A stretch of 64,000 nt of DNA from Felis catus (lineage: Eukaryota): positions 222,706,001 through 222,770,000 of the forward strand of contig NC_058368.1 in the NCBI RefSeq assembly GCF_018350175.1, read 5' to 3'. The notes below the pieces were generated by a model, which was not told the origin of the DNA, did no database searches, and saw only the letters and a list, made by a program, of their open reading frames with translations. Shown here in pieces: positions 25,054 to 38,426 of this stretch (the first letter of the stretch is position 1; each line of letters begins with the position of its first letter). A program made the position numbers and the translations under genes.

Positions 25054-25389
25054 ATGTCCATAGGAAGGAAGTATTTATACTAATTTTTCCCAGCTAATTA
25101 TTCCTTGTCCAATTTCACTAATCTACCCATTAGCACTAACTCGTCGAAGAAACATGGACAATGACTCTAGTTCGGTCATCCTTGGCAGCACTAGGTTTCC
25201 TTTAGGCATTAACTATGGGTAAATAAGAGTAAAACTTAGAGGTAGTTTTTGGTTGCTGCTCATAAACCTTGATCTCTGCCCATGTGTTATTCGTTTCCTC
25301 TCACAGTTTCAGTTGGTCATGCATATTCACCTAAGGCATCCATCTTCTTGATTTCAAGAAAAAAGTAATCCAATATACAATGAAACTAG

Positions 25390-25520
25390 TCATGCTAGGC
25401 ATAGTTCTTAGGACTATGTGAAGTACAGAAAGCAAATCTTCATTTTTTAAACATTCTATCTTTTTCCAGATAAGCAGTTTAAAATGCAGGTAAATTGAGT
25501 AATATTTGAGGTAACTTGAC
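25390..25520 (-). mobile_element. MIR relic
   Basis: catgctaggcatagttct..tttccagataagcag..gtaaattgagtaatatttgaggtaac. Confidence 0.5.
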
Positions 25521-26331
25521 AAGGACATTACTGAGCAACAACGTCAGAAATGCTTTTCCTAAATTATATACCCTCTGTTTTCATTTTTCTCCGCCTAGTT
25601 TATCCGGCTTTCCGATTAATAGCAAGTATTATTATTTAATGCTACAATTTAACCCACTTTTTTTTTGGTTGTGGTCCTTGAAATAATAAGACATATATGT
25701 GCATGTATAAAGATACATTTTTAAAAATATCAGCCTCATGATTGATTGATTAATTCAAGAAATATTCAACCTGAGTGTTCCTTAATCCTTCAAAAATATA
25801 GACAGATACTATTAGGCTACTCTTATTTAATCTTTAAAGGCTTATATATATATCACATAAATCCTAAAGGTTTTAGGGTTTGGTTATGCCTGACGATAGT
25901 TATAGAAATAGTTGACTATTTAGTTATATACACCAAAGGCAGTAGCTGTATAGTGTAATAATTTTCCATTAATATGAAAGGTAATATGAATACATGTGAA
26001 CATATGTTTTTAATGCTTTGATTATATTTAATAATTGTACATATTTGTAATGCTGGATAATATTTTGAAATAGTATTTAATTCCATAGCTAAAATATAAA
26101 GAAACTCATTAGGGAAATGACTCAAGATCCCTTAACCAGTTATTGGCAGAACTGACAATTTTTCTCCATGATGTAATTCTCACAGTTGAGAAGAGTGAAT
26201 AAAATTGCACAAAACCTTTGCAATTTTTGTGTCCTTATGGTTGGATTATTGCTCAAGGGCCAATTGAGCTTAGTGATATTAAATTTGGACCAGAGCATCC
26301 TTCTTCTTAAATTAAAAACATATAAACTCTT

Positions 26332-26488
26332 TATTTTTTTTAAGTTTTTATTGAAGTTCCAGTTAGTTAACATACAGTGTAATATTAATTTCAGGTGTAC
26401 AATGTAGTACAATATAGTGTTGATTCAACGCCCGGTGCTCATCACAAGTCGCCCTCCTTAGTCCCCATCACCAATTTAACCTATCCCA
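26332..26488 (-). mobile_element. Short L1 3' UTR fragment (carnivoran)
   Basis: T-rich tail, then ccagttagttaacatacagtgt..tttcaggtgtac..cggtgctcatcaca. Confidence 0.85.
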
Positions 26489-28142
26489 ATACAAAGTATT
26501 CCTTAGCCTACATCTTGCTGATTAAATATCAGATATGACTTTGTAGTATCAACATTAATATTTAAATCATACACAATGAAACTCCATAATGATGATTTGG
26601 GTTTATGTTGTAGACACTTATCCTATGGATGCCATTGGAATAATGTCTCCAAATTTCCTCTTGGAACCTTCCCTCTACCAGTATTTTGACACATATGCAC
26701 AGCAGTAGCATCTTCCACTTCATGACAGTTATTTTTATGTGGTCAATTTTCCCTACTGTGATAAAATATTTGCCTAATGAGGCTTTAAGTCCATTCACGG
26801 CATGCCTTCTGAAGGAGCGACACTTGTTCAAAACTTGTCTAAGCCTCCCAGTTGAAAATGAATCACAAGTTTATGCTCGAGACCAGATGGAGGCCATTAT
26901 ATTTTTTCCCAGGTGTTAAAGGTAATTTAGAGGAGAGATGAGGTGCCCCTTTCCCCAGCTGCCCCTGGCTCATTCACTCCCATAATTACTGTTACAGTCC
27001 AGGGATATTTGGTATATTAGAGATTAGAATGTGTTTCCTTGAAACTCAGTATCTGTTGGGAGAATGTGCCAGTGAGATAGCAAGCCATTGTTAGCCAAGC
27101 ATTTGCACACAAGCATCAAAAAACACGTTTTATTTTCCTAAAGCTCCTTATCTACTTAATAGATGCTACCACATTTCTAACAAGCCAAAGCGGTTCAATA
27201 GGAATGATGATACGTAAACTACAAACAAGAAAAAAACAGTTATTTAAATGCGGTTTTCTAGAAAATATCATCAACATTTTAATTGAGTGAAGATAGCAAT
27301 GTAGAAAATAATACTCATAAGCATTTTCCAGGCTTTGATAGCCAAGTGTTTATTTTCTACATTAAATAGTCACAGTGATTATTTTTCAAAATTTCTTATA
27401 AAAAGTACACTACATCATATGGGTGTAAGGTCAGTATAAGTTCAGAAAATACATAGCTATATCCATATATTTATAATCTAACTGGTGTGACAACTTAAAA
27501 CTCCATATCTTATAAGAGTGACATGAGGGACAAACCTAAATTATTCTGCTCAGATTTCTCCGTACCTCTAGGCATCGATAATTTGCTATATGCATAAGAT
27601 TCCATTCATGCATTCGTTTAACAAATTGTATTTGCATTTGTTGACCATGGACATTTAGAGGCCTACTATAATATCTGATTGGGCAAAGCTAAATATGTTA
27701 GATTTTTCGTAGTAAGGAAGAGTACCACTATGAAGGTTGAGTAGCACGATGAAATGAGGCATTCAGGAAGGATAGAGTTTGAGGATTCATGGGACTCTGA
27801 TATGAATCCTTCAACTCAGGTACAGACTAGGTTTAGGTAGATATTATCACACGGTAAAGTGATTGGTAGGAACTGTGAGGCCAGGGCCTCAAAGCGAGTC
27901 CTCATAAGCAACTATTAGTTTGTATAAGTAAATTATTCAGCTTCTTCACAGGTTTATCTTTGAGGAGCTGTTGTTTCATAAAGCAAGCATACAGAAGGAT
28001 TACACACAGTCTGAAATGCATTTCTAAACCAGGAACCTAGAGTATGTAATTAAATTCAGAAACCAAACTCATGTTCAGGTCAAAAGCCCTAGGTTTCCAA
28101 ACCATTTTATACATAAAAATAAGAAAAGAGAATTTAATTAAC

Positions 28143-28342
28143 TTATTTTTTAAAGTTTATTTATTTTGACAGAGAGAGAACACACAAGCAGGGGAGAGAC
28201 AGAGCGAGAGAGGAAGAGAGCTAATCCCAAGAGAGAAATCCCTGTGGAGCCTGACGTGGGGCTCAATCCCACAAACTGTGAGGTCATGTCCTGAGCAGAA
28301 TTCAGAGTCGATGCTCAATGGACTGAGTCCCTCAGGAGCCCC
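28143..28342 (-). mobile_element. Can-SINE (older subfamily)
   Basis: GA tract and body; ends ctcaggagcccc. Confidence 0.9.
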
Positions 28343-28754
28343 AAGGAAAATTTAATTTAAAACTATGCCTAGTGACTGTTATTTTTAATATTTTCTTATT
28401 TTGAAAGTGTCCGAGTATCCAAATGATTTATTAACTTGATTTAATATTGGCCCAGTCTTAAGGTTGACTAAAGATCTAGAAATTTAATTTTAGTATAGCA
28501 TTTAAAATATCCACACTATTAAACACTTTAGAAGGTATCCATTATTACAAATTTATTCCATTAAACCTAATTGGAGATTTTTGTAATAACCAGTGGAAAT
28601 AATGTTAACTTACCATAGAGCTGGAATAATTTAAAAATATCAATCACAAGAAGTTGAATAAAATTTTTCTATTAACTAAAATATTATGATAACATTTACT
28701 TGGTGATAAAATGAATAGAAAATCAGAGTTAATTTAAAGCTAACATCACTCTTT

Positions 28755-28980
28755 GGGGCACCTGGGTGGCTCAGTCAGTTAAGTGACCGACTTTGGCTCA
28801 GCTCATAATCTCGCAGTTTTGTGAGTTCAAGCCCCGTGTAGGGCTCTGTGCTGACAGCTCAGAACCTGGAGCCTCTGCTTCGGATTCTGTGTCTCCCTCT
28901 CTCTCGGCCCCTCTCCCAATCTCTCTGTCTCTGTCTCTGTCTCTTTCTCTCTCAAAAACAAATAAACGTTAAAAAAAAAA
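28755..28980 (+). mobile_element. Can-SINE
   Basis: TSD taaagctaacatcactc / taaagttactatcactc. Confidence 0.95.
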
Positions 28981-29471
28981 TAAAGTTACTATCACTCAGA
29001 TCTTTCCAGAGTCAACTATTTATTAAAGATAAAATATGATTTTTAAAAAAATAAGACATCTATTCATATATCAAAAATAATGGTCAAATAATCTCCAAAA
29101 TTTCCCGAGATTAGACATATGAAGGAAATGAATGACAGTAGATGTGAGAGGGACCTCAGGCAGATAGGACATATTTTCACTGCATAGAGTTAATCTTCCT
29201 TCTATAAGGAGGAGAGATAGCTTGGATGCTGGAAAAGCACATTTTGCCATGAACATATGCTAGAGAGAGAGTCACTATAAGTGCCACAAAAATAATTTAT
29301 GGCCTTTACAGTTCCATCAAGTCATATGAGTATAAAGCTAAGATTTATTAATCTACACAGGATGGTAATAAATAAGAAAAATTCCCTACATTTAAAAAAT
29401 GATTTTAAGACAGACTACTTACTTATGAGGGTTTTTTTCTTTTATTATTTTAAGCATTATTTCTTAAAAAA

Positions 29472-29689
29472 ATTTTTTTTTAATTTTTTTTTTCAACGTT
29501 TATTTATTTTTAGGACAGAGAGAGACAGAGCATGAACAGGGGAGGGGCAGAGAGAGAGGGAGACACAGAATCGGCTCCAGGCTCTGAGCCATCAGCCCAG
29601 AGCCTGACGCGGGGCTCGAACTCACGGACCGCGAGATCGTGACCTGGCTGAAGTCGGACGCTTAACCGACTGCACCACCCAGGCGCCCC
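29472..29689 (-). mobile_element. Young SINEC_Fc-type SINE inserted in the tail of the next SINE
   Basis: CpG-rich body; small deletion at agaatcgg/ctccag relative to other young copies. Confidence 0.95.
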
Positions 29690-29912
29690 AAAAAACATTT
29701 TTTTACATTTATTTATTTTTGAGAAACAGAGTGAGACAAAGTGTGAGCGGGGGAGGGGCAGAGAGAGAGGGAGACACAAAATCTGAAGCAGTCTCCAGGC
29801 TCTGAGCAAACGGTCAGCAAAGAGCCTGATGCGGGGCTTGAACCCACAAACTGTGAGATCGTGACCTGAGCCGAAGTCGGACGCTCAACCAACTGAGCCA
29901 CCCAGGTGCCCC
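29690..29912 (-). mobile_element. Can-SINE
   Basis: Outer TSD aagcattatttcttaaaa at 29452-29469 and 29913-29930 encloses both SINEs. Confidence 0.95.
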
Positions 29913-30134
29913 AAGCATTATTTCTTAAAACATCTACCTTCATACGGGAGGTAATGGTGTGTGAAAAATCAAAAACAAAAACAATGTTTTTAATTTTCTA
30001 CTATTTGAAATTTGCTTAGTATTAACTGAATCCCCATCAAGAAAGATGAGATAAAGTCAAAGCTCTACAATGGCATGTTTATAAGGGTCAAAATACCCTG
30101 AGTCACTGCTAATTCACGAAGCCCTCCTTTACTA

Positions 30135-30582
30135 ATTCCCTCTTGTTTACTCTACAGCAGCCTTGTTTTGGCCTGTATTCCTTTAATTCAAACATGAGCA
30201 CCTCTTTTTGCCTTGGCCATCTTTTTCACATTTACTTTCCCTCCCAATTTCTGAATGGTTTATGCTCTTCATTGTCATTAAGGTCTTTGTTCAACCATGA
30301 CATTCTCCTGAGATCATCCAGAAAAGTCCCGTAACTCCTACCTACTCACCATCACCTCCTGTGATCCTTTTCTGCCTGTTATTATTTTGCTTTGTAAAAT
30401 GTGTCACTTGTAACATACAGGAAGATTTGTCATCCTTATTGTTTTTATCAACTCTGTCATCTCCACCCCACCCACAGAAGAGTGAAAGCTACGTAAGGTC
30501 AATAACATCAATTTTATTCCCTGGAGAATAGTATCTGCAGGGCAGTAGGTACTAATTAACTTTATTAAATTAATGGATTGAA
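30135..30582 (+). mobile_element. L2 3' end
   Basis: ctcttcattgtcattaaggtctttgttcaaccatgacattctcctgag; ends cagtaggtactaattaactttattaaattaatggattgaa. Confidence 0.7.
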
Positions 30583-30914
30583 GAACACAGAATTCTCCCC
30601 ATGCTACACAAGTATGTTAGGAGCATGTTTATAATTCATTCCCTATTGCTGTAAAATTGTTTTGAAATAATCCCACAAGTTTTCTTCATTTGTATACTTG
30701 AGAAAATGGACTAGTAACCACAATTTTCATCAACTGTATACTTAAAAGGATTGTATATCTAAACATATATTTGAAATAAATATTCTGGATTCTGGAATTC
30801 TTTGTTTGTTGGATGGTAGAATTTACTGCATTAGTTTTTCTCCTAAAAAAATGTCATGAGTATTTTATCCACTCATTTTTTTTCATGTTTTGGAAAGACA
30901 ATATCGTTATACCA

Positions 30915-32040
30915 AAAAAACCCAATTAATCTAATTAAAAATGGGCAAATGATATGAACAGACATTTCTGCAAAGAAGACATACAGATAGCCACAGATAC
31001 ATACAAAAATGCTCAACGTCACTAATCATCAGGGCAATGCAAATCAAAACCGCAATGAGATATCACCTCACACCCGTCAGAATAACTAAAATCAAAAACA
31101 CAAGAAACCAGGAGTGTTGGCAAGAATATAGAGAGAAACGAACCTTAGTACACTGTTGGTGGAAATGCAAACTGGTACCGATACTCTGGAAGACAGTCTG
31201 AAGTTTCATCAAAAAATTAAAAACAGAATTACCATATGACCCATTATTGGGTATTCACCCAAAGAAAATGAAAATATTAATTTGAAAAAATACATACATC
31301 CTGTGCTTCTTGCAGCATTTTTTTACAATGCCCAGATTATGGAAGCAGACCAAATATCCATCAATAGATGAATGGATAAACAGGATATGTACACACGCAC
31401 ACACACACACACACACACAATGGAATAGTAGTCATAAAAAAGAATAAAATCGGGGCGCCTGGGTGGCTCAGTCGGCTAAGCGTCCGACTTCAGCTCAGGT
31501 CATGATCTCGCAGTCTGTGAGTTCGAGCCCCGCATCGGGCTCTGTGCTGACAGCTCAGAGCCTGGAGCCTGTTTCGGATTCTGTGTCTCTGTCTTTCTCT
31601 GACCCTCCCCCCTTCATGCTCTCTCTCTGTCTCAAAAATAAATAAACATTAAAAAAAAATTAAAAAAGAAAGAATAAAATCTTGTCCTTTGCAACAACCT
31701 AGATGGATGTAGAGGGTATAATGCTAAATGAAATAAGTCAGAGAGAAAGACAAATAACATGATGTCACTTATATGTGGAATTTAAAAGATGAACAAAGGA
31801 AAAAAAGAGAGAAGAGAGAGATAGACAAAAAAAATTAAAAAATCCAGACTCTTAACTATAGCAACAAACTGACGGTTACCAGATGAGATGTGAGTGAGGG
31901 AGGTGGGTAAAACGGGTGAAAAGGATTAAGAGTGCAGCTACCTCGATGAGCACAGAGAAATGTATACAATTGTTGAATCCCTAGACTTAACTAACAAATA
32001 TATCATTAGATAGAATTACTAGAATTGAAAGAAAAAATAA
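30915..32040 (+). mobile_element. 5'-truncated carnivoran L1 3' end
   Basis: aattaaaaatgggcaaatgatatgaacagacatttc..gcaaatcaaaaccgcaatgagatatcacctcacacc; 3' UTR to ~31990. Confidence 0.9.
31452..31668 (+). mobile_element. Can-SINE nested in L1
   Basis: TSD aaagaataaaatc. Confidence 0.96.
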
Positions 32041-32457
32041 TATTACTACAAAAGAAGAAAGAAAGATGACATGATTAGATATAAAACTTTGTAGTCACAC
32101 ACTCTATAAGAAAACAGTATGGTTATATGTCCAATATACACCAATAAAATATAAAAATAAATGCAAAATTATGTATGAACATGGCAGCATTGTCTCTTAG
32201 CGTTTTTCCTTGCAGTTATTCATGAAGAAACCTGAGAACACACTGTTTTCCTTTTTCACTAATTCACTTTTTCTTCCCAGATACTTTGCATCTGTGTTTC
32301 ATCTTTACATGTACCAATACCATGAGGAAAGTTCTTGGTGTTAATTGTTCTACATTAAGTTTTCTTAGACCAATGTGGGCCCTTTCAATCTCCAGACACG
32401 GATCTATTTTAGAATCATTTACTTTTATTATTTAACTTTCTTTTCTTGCTTCATTGC

Positions 32458-32668
32458 TTTTTTTAAAAAAATAATATTTATTTTTGAGAGAGGGAAACAG
32501 AGCAAGAGCAGGAGAGGGGCAGAGAGAGAGGGAGACACAGAATCTGAAGCAGGCTCCAGGCGCTGAGCTGTCAGCACAGAGCCTGACGCTGGGCTCGAAC
32601 CCACAGGCCATGAGATCATGACTTGAGCCAAAGTCGGATGCCCAACCAGCTGTGCCACCCAGATGCCC
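32458..32668 (-). mobile_element. Can-SINE
   Basis: TSD tgcttcatt. Confidence 0.94.
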
Positions 32669-32959
32669 TCTGCTTCATTTCTTTTTCTCTCATCTCAATA
32701 TATTTATGCATGTTTGGACCTTCGTTCTTTGTCATATTTATCATTTTATCCACTATTGATTTTATTTCTTTGTCCTTTTCTTTTTATAAATTTATATTTT
32801 GTGACTTGTTCAAGTTACTTTTTCATGTATTCCACACTCCCTAAACATTTCAGCTGCACTAGTAATTATGTGATGACTGTTTTTCTAACATGCTTAACTT
32901 CTATGTTTTATTTCCCATAATTTTATATTATTTTCTAGATTCTGCAAGCTCAATTTTTA

Positions 32960-33176
32960 ATTATTTTAATGTCTTATTTATTTTTGAGACAGAGAGAGAG
33001 AGAGAGAGAGCATGAGTGGGGAAGGGGCAGAGAGAGAGGGAGACACAGAATGTGAGGCAAGCTTTAGGCTCTGAGGTGTCAGCACAAAGCTGGATGTGGG
33101 GCTTGAACCCAAGAACTATGAGATCATGACCTGAGCCTATGTCAGAAGCTTAACTCACTGAGCCACCCAGGTGCCC
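32960..33176 (-). mobile_element. Can-SINE
   Basis: TSD tgcaagctcaattttta at 32943-32959 and 33179-33195. Confidence 0.95.
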
Positions 33177-34754
33177 TGTGCAAGCTCAATTTTTACTTCA
33201 TATGTTTCACAGTTTTTATTTTAAGCACTTTCACCTTTTTTTTTTGAGATCTCTTTTACTGAAGAGAAATTATGTCAACAGTAACTTTGTGACCGCTGTG
33301 GTGAACTGTTAGTAGAAATATTTCCTTTGTTTCCTGGATAATTTTTCCAGTGATGTTACTTCCTCCTGTTTCTGTAGGTGGGTGTTTTGATGAGAAAATT
33401 CTTCAGGTTGAAAAATGTACAATCAGAGATAGAAATGAGGAAAATGAATGATTTGGGTCATTAACCTCATTGGGGCTGGTTGTTGCATAGTCTACATTAT
33501 CGCAATCCTACCTTATATTTTTTTTTTCCTGCAGCAGAATCAAGATGATCCCAACCCAGGGCTCCTTCAATCATTTTCTTGTTGCTCCCCCCTGCTATTC
33601 CTTTGGACCAATTACATTTTTTGCCTCAAGAGATGTGTGAATACAGTCAAAGGCAATTTAAATGTGTAGAATACCACTGAATTTAAAGTAATCTCCTAAG
33701 TGTAAGAGAGAAGAGGACAGTGGGAGAGAACCCTGGTGTTGACTGAGGAATTTTCCCCAAAGAGGCTTTCAAATTGGGAGAGACTAAGTTGCCAGAGTTT
33801 TTGAGTGGCTACTTATCACACTATGCAGGAAAGGAGGTGAACATCAAGGCGAAGTGTTGTTCAGTTACAGAGAAATGAAGAAAATGACCATGTTACAAAG
33901 TTTTGGCATCTAATATTTTATATCTTGTCTTCCACTTTTCCTCGTACTTACCTGCATTCATGAGTTGCGTGGAACATTAACAGAAACTTTAAATCTGAGA
34001 AGCTGTCATGATGCACCATCATTCACCCAAGCCCCTCACCACAGGCTTCTTTGGGCAAGCCTTGGGGCTGTGGATTCATTAAAATATTCTGTCATTCTGC
34101 TTTCTCTTCTATTCCCAGTGTCGGCCATTCCTTGGTGATGATTCAGTTTTTGTGGAGACATTCTCCCTCCACCAGCTCCACCCATGCCTCTGGACTTCAT
34201 TCCTCTCAAAATACTGGCCATAGAAAGGCCATTCAGATCATAAACCATGGCCTATTTGAGGAGGGAAATCTAGGAACTTTGATTTCTCCCCGGGTTTAAC
34301 AAGGACTTGATAATTTGACAAGTATGCTTTAATGGTACAGTTTAAATTGTGGCCAGTTTCTTTTTACATCAATAATTGATTATTTTCTTCTCTGTTTGTC
34401 AATGTACTTATAGGTTTCTTTAGATAATTTTGAGGAAGAATAATAAGGAAAAAATACAGTGCCGTCTTGAAAGTGGATATCTGTAAAATGATGTAGAGCC
34501 TCGTCTTGAACTCTTATGTTTTTGGATGACCTTTTTTAACTTAAATTTTATGGTCATTTGGAGTACTCCCTCTGGTGATAGTTGCTTCCGCAACTACTCT
34601 TACTTTCTTTCTGTTTTCACCTTCTTTTATATTTCTAATGTCTATACTTAGTTTGCATTATTTTAAGTTTTGTGTCATGATTGTACTTTATCTTCATTTT
34701 ATGGTCTTTTTTCTTCCCTTCATGTTGGGAGTTCATTAGAATCATTTATTTGTC

Positions 34755-34973
34755 TTTTTTTTTTAACATTTATTTATTTTTGAGACAGAGAGAGACAGAG
34801 CATGAGCGGGGGGTGGGGGGTCAGAGAGAGAGAGGGAGACACAGAATCTGAAGCAGGCTCCAGGCTCTGAGCTGTCAGCACAGAGCCTGATGTGGGGCTC
34901 GAACCCACGAACGGCGAGATCATGACCTGAGCTGAAGTCAGACGCTTAACCGACTGAGCCACCCAGGCACCCC
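34755..34973 (-). mobile_element. Can-SINE
   Basis: TSD tatttgtcttt. Confidence 0.95.
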
Positions 34974-35037
34974 TATTTGTCTTTCAAGAAACAATTCTGT
35001 TTGGGCGAAATAATAGTATCACTAGTTTCCCATCAGT

Positions 35038-35505
35038 TGTAATATGAGACAGTGAATATACAAATGGATAATCGCTAGACCAGGTTTGACAGTAGAACCC
35101 TGACCCTCCAACCCCTGTAGATGCCAACCTGGAAAACCAAACCACAGACGACAGCACTTGCCCCAGAACAGTCAGGACCTGGTCAATGACTGCCAGACTC
35201 CCAGGTTTTTTCTCCTGCTTCTAACTCAGGGCCAACCAGAGAGGGTCAGATATGTTCCAAACTGATCATACAAGATATCCCCCTTCTAGTTTGCCCCCTT
35301 CAGCATCCTGTTTCAACACCTCCCATTCAGAGCACTCCGGATGCCTTCCCTTTTATTCCCTCCCCATTTATTTCATTGGAAAGCTCTTAAACTCCCCTGC
35401 CTGCCTTTGAGTCTCTGCCCAAAGTAGATGGTGGTAGCTGGCCGTTGCAAACTCTGAAGAAATAACCTCTGTTGTGTTGTCATTTAGGCGACATTTATTT
35501 TTCCA
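35038..35505 (+). mobile_element. ERV1-class solo LTR (family not determined)
   Basis: TG...CA ends; cagtcaggacctggtcaatgactgccag..taactcagggccaaccagag; ctgcctttgagtctctgcc R/U5-like segment. Confidence 0.7.
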
Positions 35506-36454
35506 ATAGAAAACAAAATGGAAAACAGAACAAAATACAACCCGTACATTTCATATACTTTCTTGACATTGAAGAATTACCATGAGTACATGACATAGAA
35601 GTCCTGTTTTTAACTCTTTATTGTCTACTGATGTGGATTTCAACTCTGGTGAAATACTCTCTTATCTTCTTGCAAGCTGTCATTGCATATCTATTCTTTT
35701 CAAAGTTTAGTCCTCTAGATAAATGAGGCTCACCAGTGGGTACAAGACTCATCGAGGCAGTTATGAACTATGAGAATACTCTTGAAAGTATTATTCATGA
35801 TATTGCTAAGAACAAAATGAAGAATTGAGATATTAAATTAAAATGTTTTTTAAATGCAATTTAATATTCCTTTTTATATCCCAATATTATTAATTCATGT
35901 TATTATTTATATAGCTACAGTTACTTGAAACATATTAATAGAACATAAATTTTTCGGATTCTGCCACTTATTTACACAGAACCTTGCCAAGAACAAACTT
36001 CCCATCAAATTTGAAGACAAAATACTATTTATTTTGTTCTTGCAAAATAAACCTAAAATTCAACTTTATAAATGATATTTCATATGCATAACATTTAAGA
36101 TATCAGCATGCAAAAAACAATATTTTTTTCATGTACATCCATGAGTGTTATGGATGTAACCTTTTAACCTTTCCACAATTTTTCTAGCAGAGACTCAAAA
36201 AATATAAAATACCTTAGTGGCAAAACATGTTACTTTAGATTACAATAGTTAGGCAACTAAAATCAATGCTAATTTTGTATGCTAAAGTTGTCTATATTCA
36301 GTCACTTTTCAATGATCTTTCCTAATGGAAGTCAAGGTGACATCGAAAACCAAAGTACCCTATAATTAACCACTTACAATGGACTTTTGGAATGTATATT
36401 AGTGTGTAATATATATAACTCACTTTTATTGCAGCTTTATTTAGGCAAAAATTA

Positions 36455-36580
36455 AAGCTACTATTTAATATGACTTATAATATAAGACAAGCTACTATTT
36501 AATATGACTTATAATATAAGACTATAAGACTATACTTACAAGACTATTTAATATGACTTATAAGACTACACTTATAAGAC
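36455..36580. repeat. Complex tandem duplication (34-bp unit x2 plus fragments)
   Basis: aagctactatttaatatgacttataatataagac exact at 36455-36488 and 36489-36522. Confidence 0.95.
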
Positions 36581-36660
36581 CTCCAAAGGGAGGTGCTGTA
36601 TGACCCATAGAATATACAAATGATTTGTTTATCAAAATATTAGGTACATATGCTCAGGTA

Positions 36661-36870
36661 TTTCTTTTTTCTTTAAAGTTTATTTGTTTATTTTGAGGGA
36701 GAATAAAAGATAGAGAGAGAGTGCAAGCAGGGCAGAGAAACAATCCCAAACAGGCACTGCACTGTCAACAGAGAACTGAACACGGGGCTGGAACTCACAA
36801 ACCATGAGATCATGACCTGAGCCGAAATCAGTAGTCGGTCATTCCACCTACTGAGCCACCCAGATGCCCC
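36661..36870 (-). mobile_element. Can-SINE (older subfamily)
   Basis: Ends gagccacccagatgcccc. Confidence 0.92.
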
Positions 36871-36945
36871 CATTCTCAAGTTTTTCTATGAGAAGAAGCA
36901 AATCCAACCTGGAATAAGACAAAAATAGGATATGACTACTCTATT

Positions 36946-36991
36946 AATGAAATGAAATGAAATGAAATGAAATGAAATGAAATGAAATGAA
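36946..36991. repeat. (AATGA)n pentanucleotide repeat
   Basis: Visible directly. Confidence 0.96.
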
Positions 36992-37245
36992 AAATATATG
37001 ATGAGCTCGGCAGAAATTACATTAGAAAAAATAGGGAGATTGGTGGGTATTATGAAAACTAAAGTCCAATATTTACGTAAAGACCCAGATTTTATTACAG
37101 AGAAGAGTCCCCTTGCCTGAAATTTTCCTGTGCAAAAGTTAGGAATTGCTAAACTAATCACATCATTATATCATTTTCCTGGATTCCTGGCAGAAATATC
37201 AATTGGCAGCTCAAGAAATCAATATGAACAATAGTGAAAATTTTC

Positions 37246-37328
37246 GATAATACTGTTTACTAAAATACTGTTTACTAAAATACTGTTTACTAAATTTTCT
37301 ACTAAAATTAGATAATACTGTTTACTAA
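37246..37328. repeat. 15-bp unit aatactgtttactaa x3, then a spacer and a 4th copy
   Basis: Visible directly. Confidence 0.93.
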
Positions 37329-37677
37329 TCTGTGGTTAGTCAACCACAGAATGTACCTAAACATCACAGGAAAAAAAAAATCATAGAGGTTTTAGAATGT
37401 TAATTGTTTGTAGAATCCTAATTTGCAGAAAATTTTGAAAAACTCAAACCATTATGTAGACCCTCAGTTTACATTATAATTCCATGTATATTTAAATGGC
37501 TGTGCCATGTAAACAAAGTACATGTTACTTTGAAGTTCTTTGATAATTTTGTAAGAGGATTTACTTGTTTTCCATTAAAATACCCCACAATGTAAGACTA
37601 CTTCATCACTGAGTGCAGTTAGAACATTTCGTGCTCCCACAATTATTCCCAGTGGAGAGGAGAGCATGAGAACCACT

Positions 37678-37880
37678 GAAATGTATTGAGTGTTCGGTAG
37701 ACACAAGGGATTAAACTGTGTCTCTGTCATGTTTCCATTTTTTTACTTACATGAATTCTGTGTGGTTAGAAATGTGAAGTGACTATGGGAATGAAAAACT
37801 GCATAGTAGAGAATAAAGTAATTTGGCCAAAGCCAAGCAAGTACTGAATTGCAAATGCGGAAATTAACCTCAAACTATGT
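37678..37880 (-). mobile_element. MIR relic
   Basis: atgtattgagtg..gaatgaaaaactgcatagtagagaataaagtaatttggccaaagcc. Confidence 0.6.
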
Positions 37881-38426
37881 TGTTAAACAATCAGTAAGTA
37901 AGCTGCAGCCTCCAGAAATGTACTTACCTTCTTCTTGAACTAATATTTAGATTTCTATATGGCTAGTCCACCATAGCTTTACTCTCTCTACTTAGAGTTT
38001 AAGGTATTTGCATGATCATATCATGATTTTCCCTGCGTCTTCATTATTTGATTATTTACCTGAAGTGTTTCCAGCTCTTTCGACTAAAGCTGAATGGTGA
38101 AGCTAAAACAAGTGTGCGCTTTGAGTCAGGAGAACTAAACCATAGAATTCTCTGGGTCTCTCACTCTGGAGAGTGATATAGTCTTGCTGGATATAACTTA
38201 TAGAAAAGGGGAATAGTTTAAATTTATTACTGTTGAGGTCCATGAACATGCCATGGTTTCTACAAATGGCGTACCGTGATGATTGCCATTGACTTATATG
38301 TCTTTTGATCATTAAAAAAAAAAAAAAAAAATGGCCCAGAAGGGTGTATGCATAGGAGGAGTCCAACTATGATCTATCAAAGTTTTGATCTTTAACAGGA
38401 ATCCATTTTGATCTTTAAAAGTTTTA

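Larger units (their letters stand above)
32200..33380 (-). mobile_element. Ancient L1-related relic (HAL1-like), interrupted by two SINEs
   Basis: T-rich; caatgtgggccctttcaatctccagac motif recalled from antisense HAL1. Confidence 0.45.

Noticed and set aside
36455..37328. Short repeats with spacers as a CRISPR-like array
   Set aside because: Mammalian DNA; spacers are copies of the units; no cas genes.
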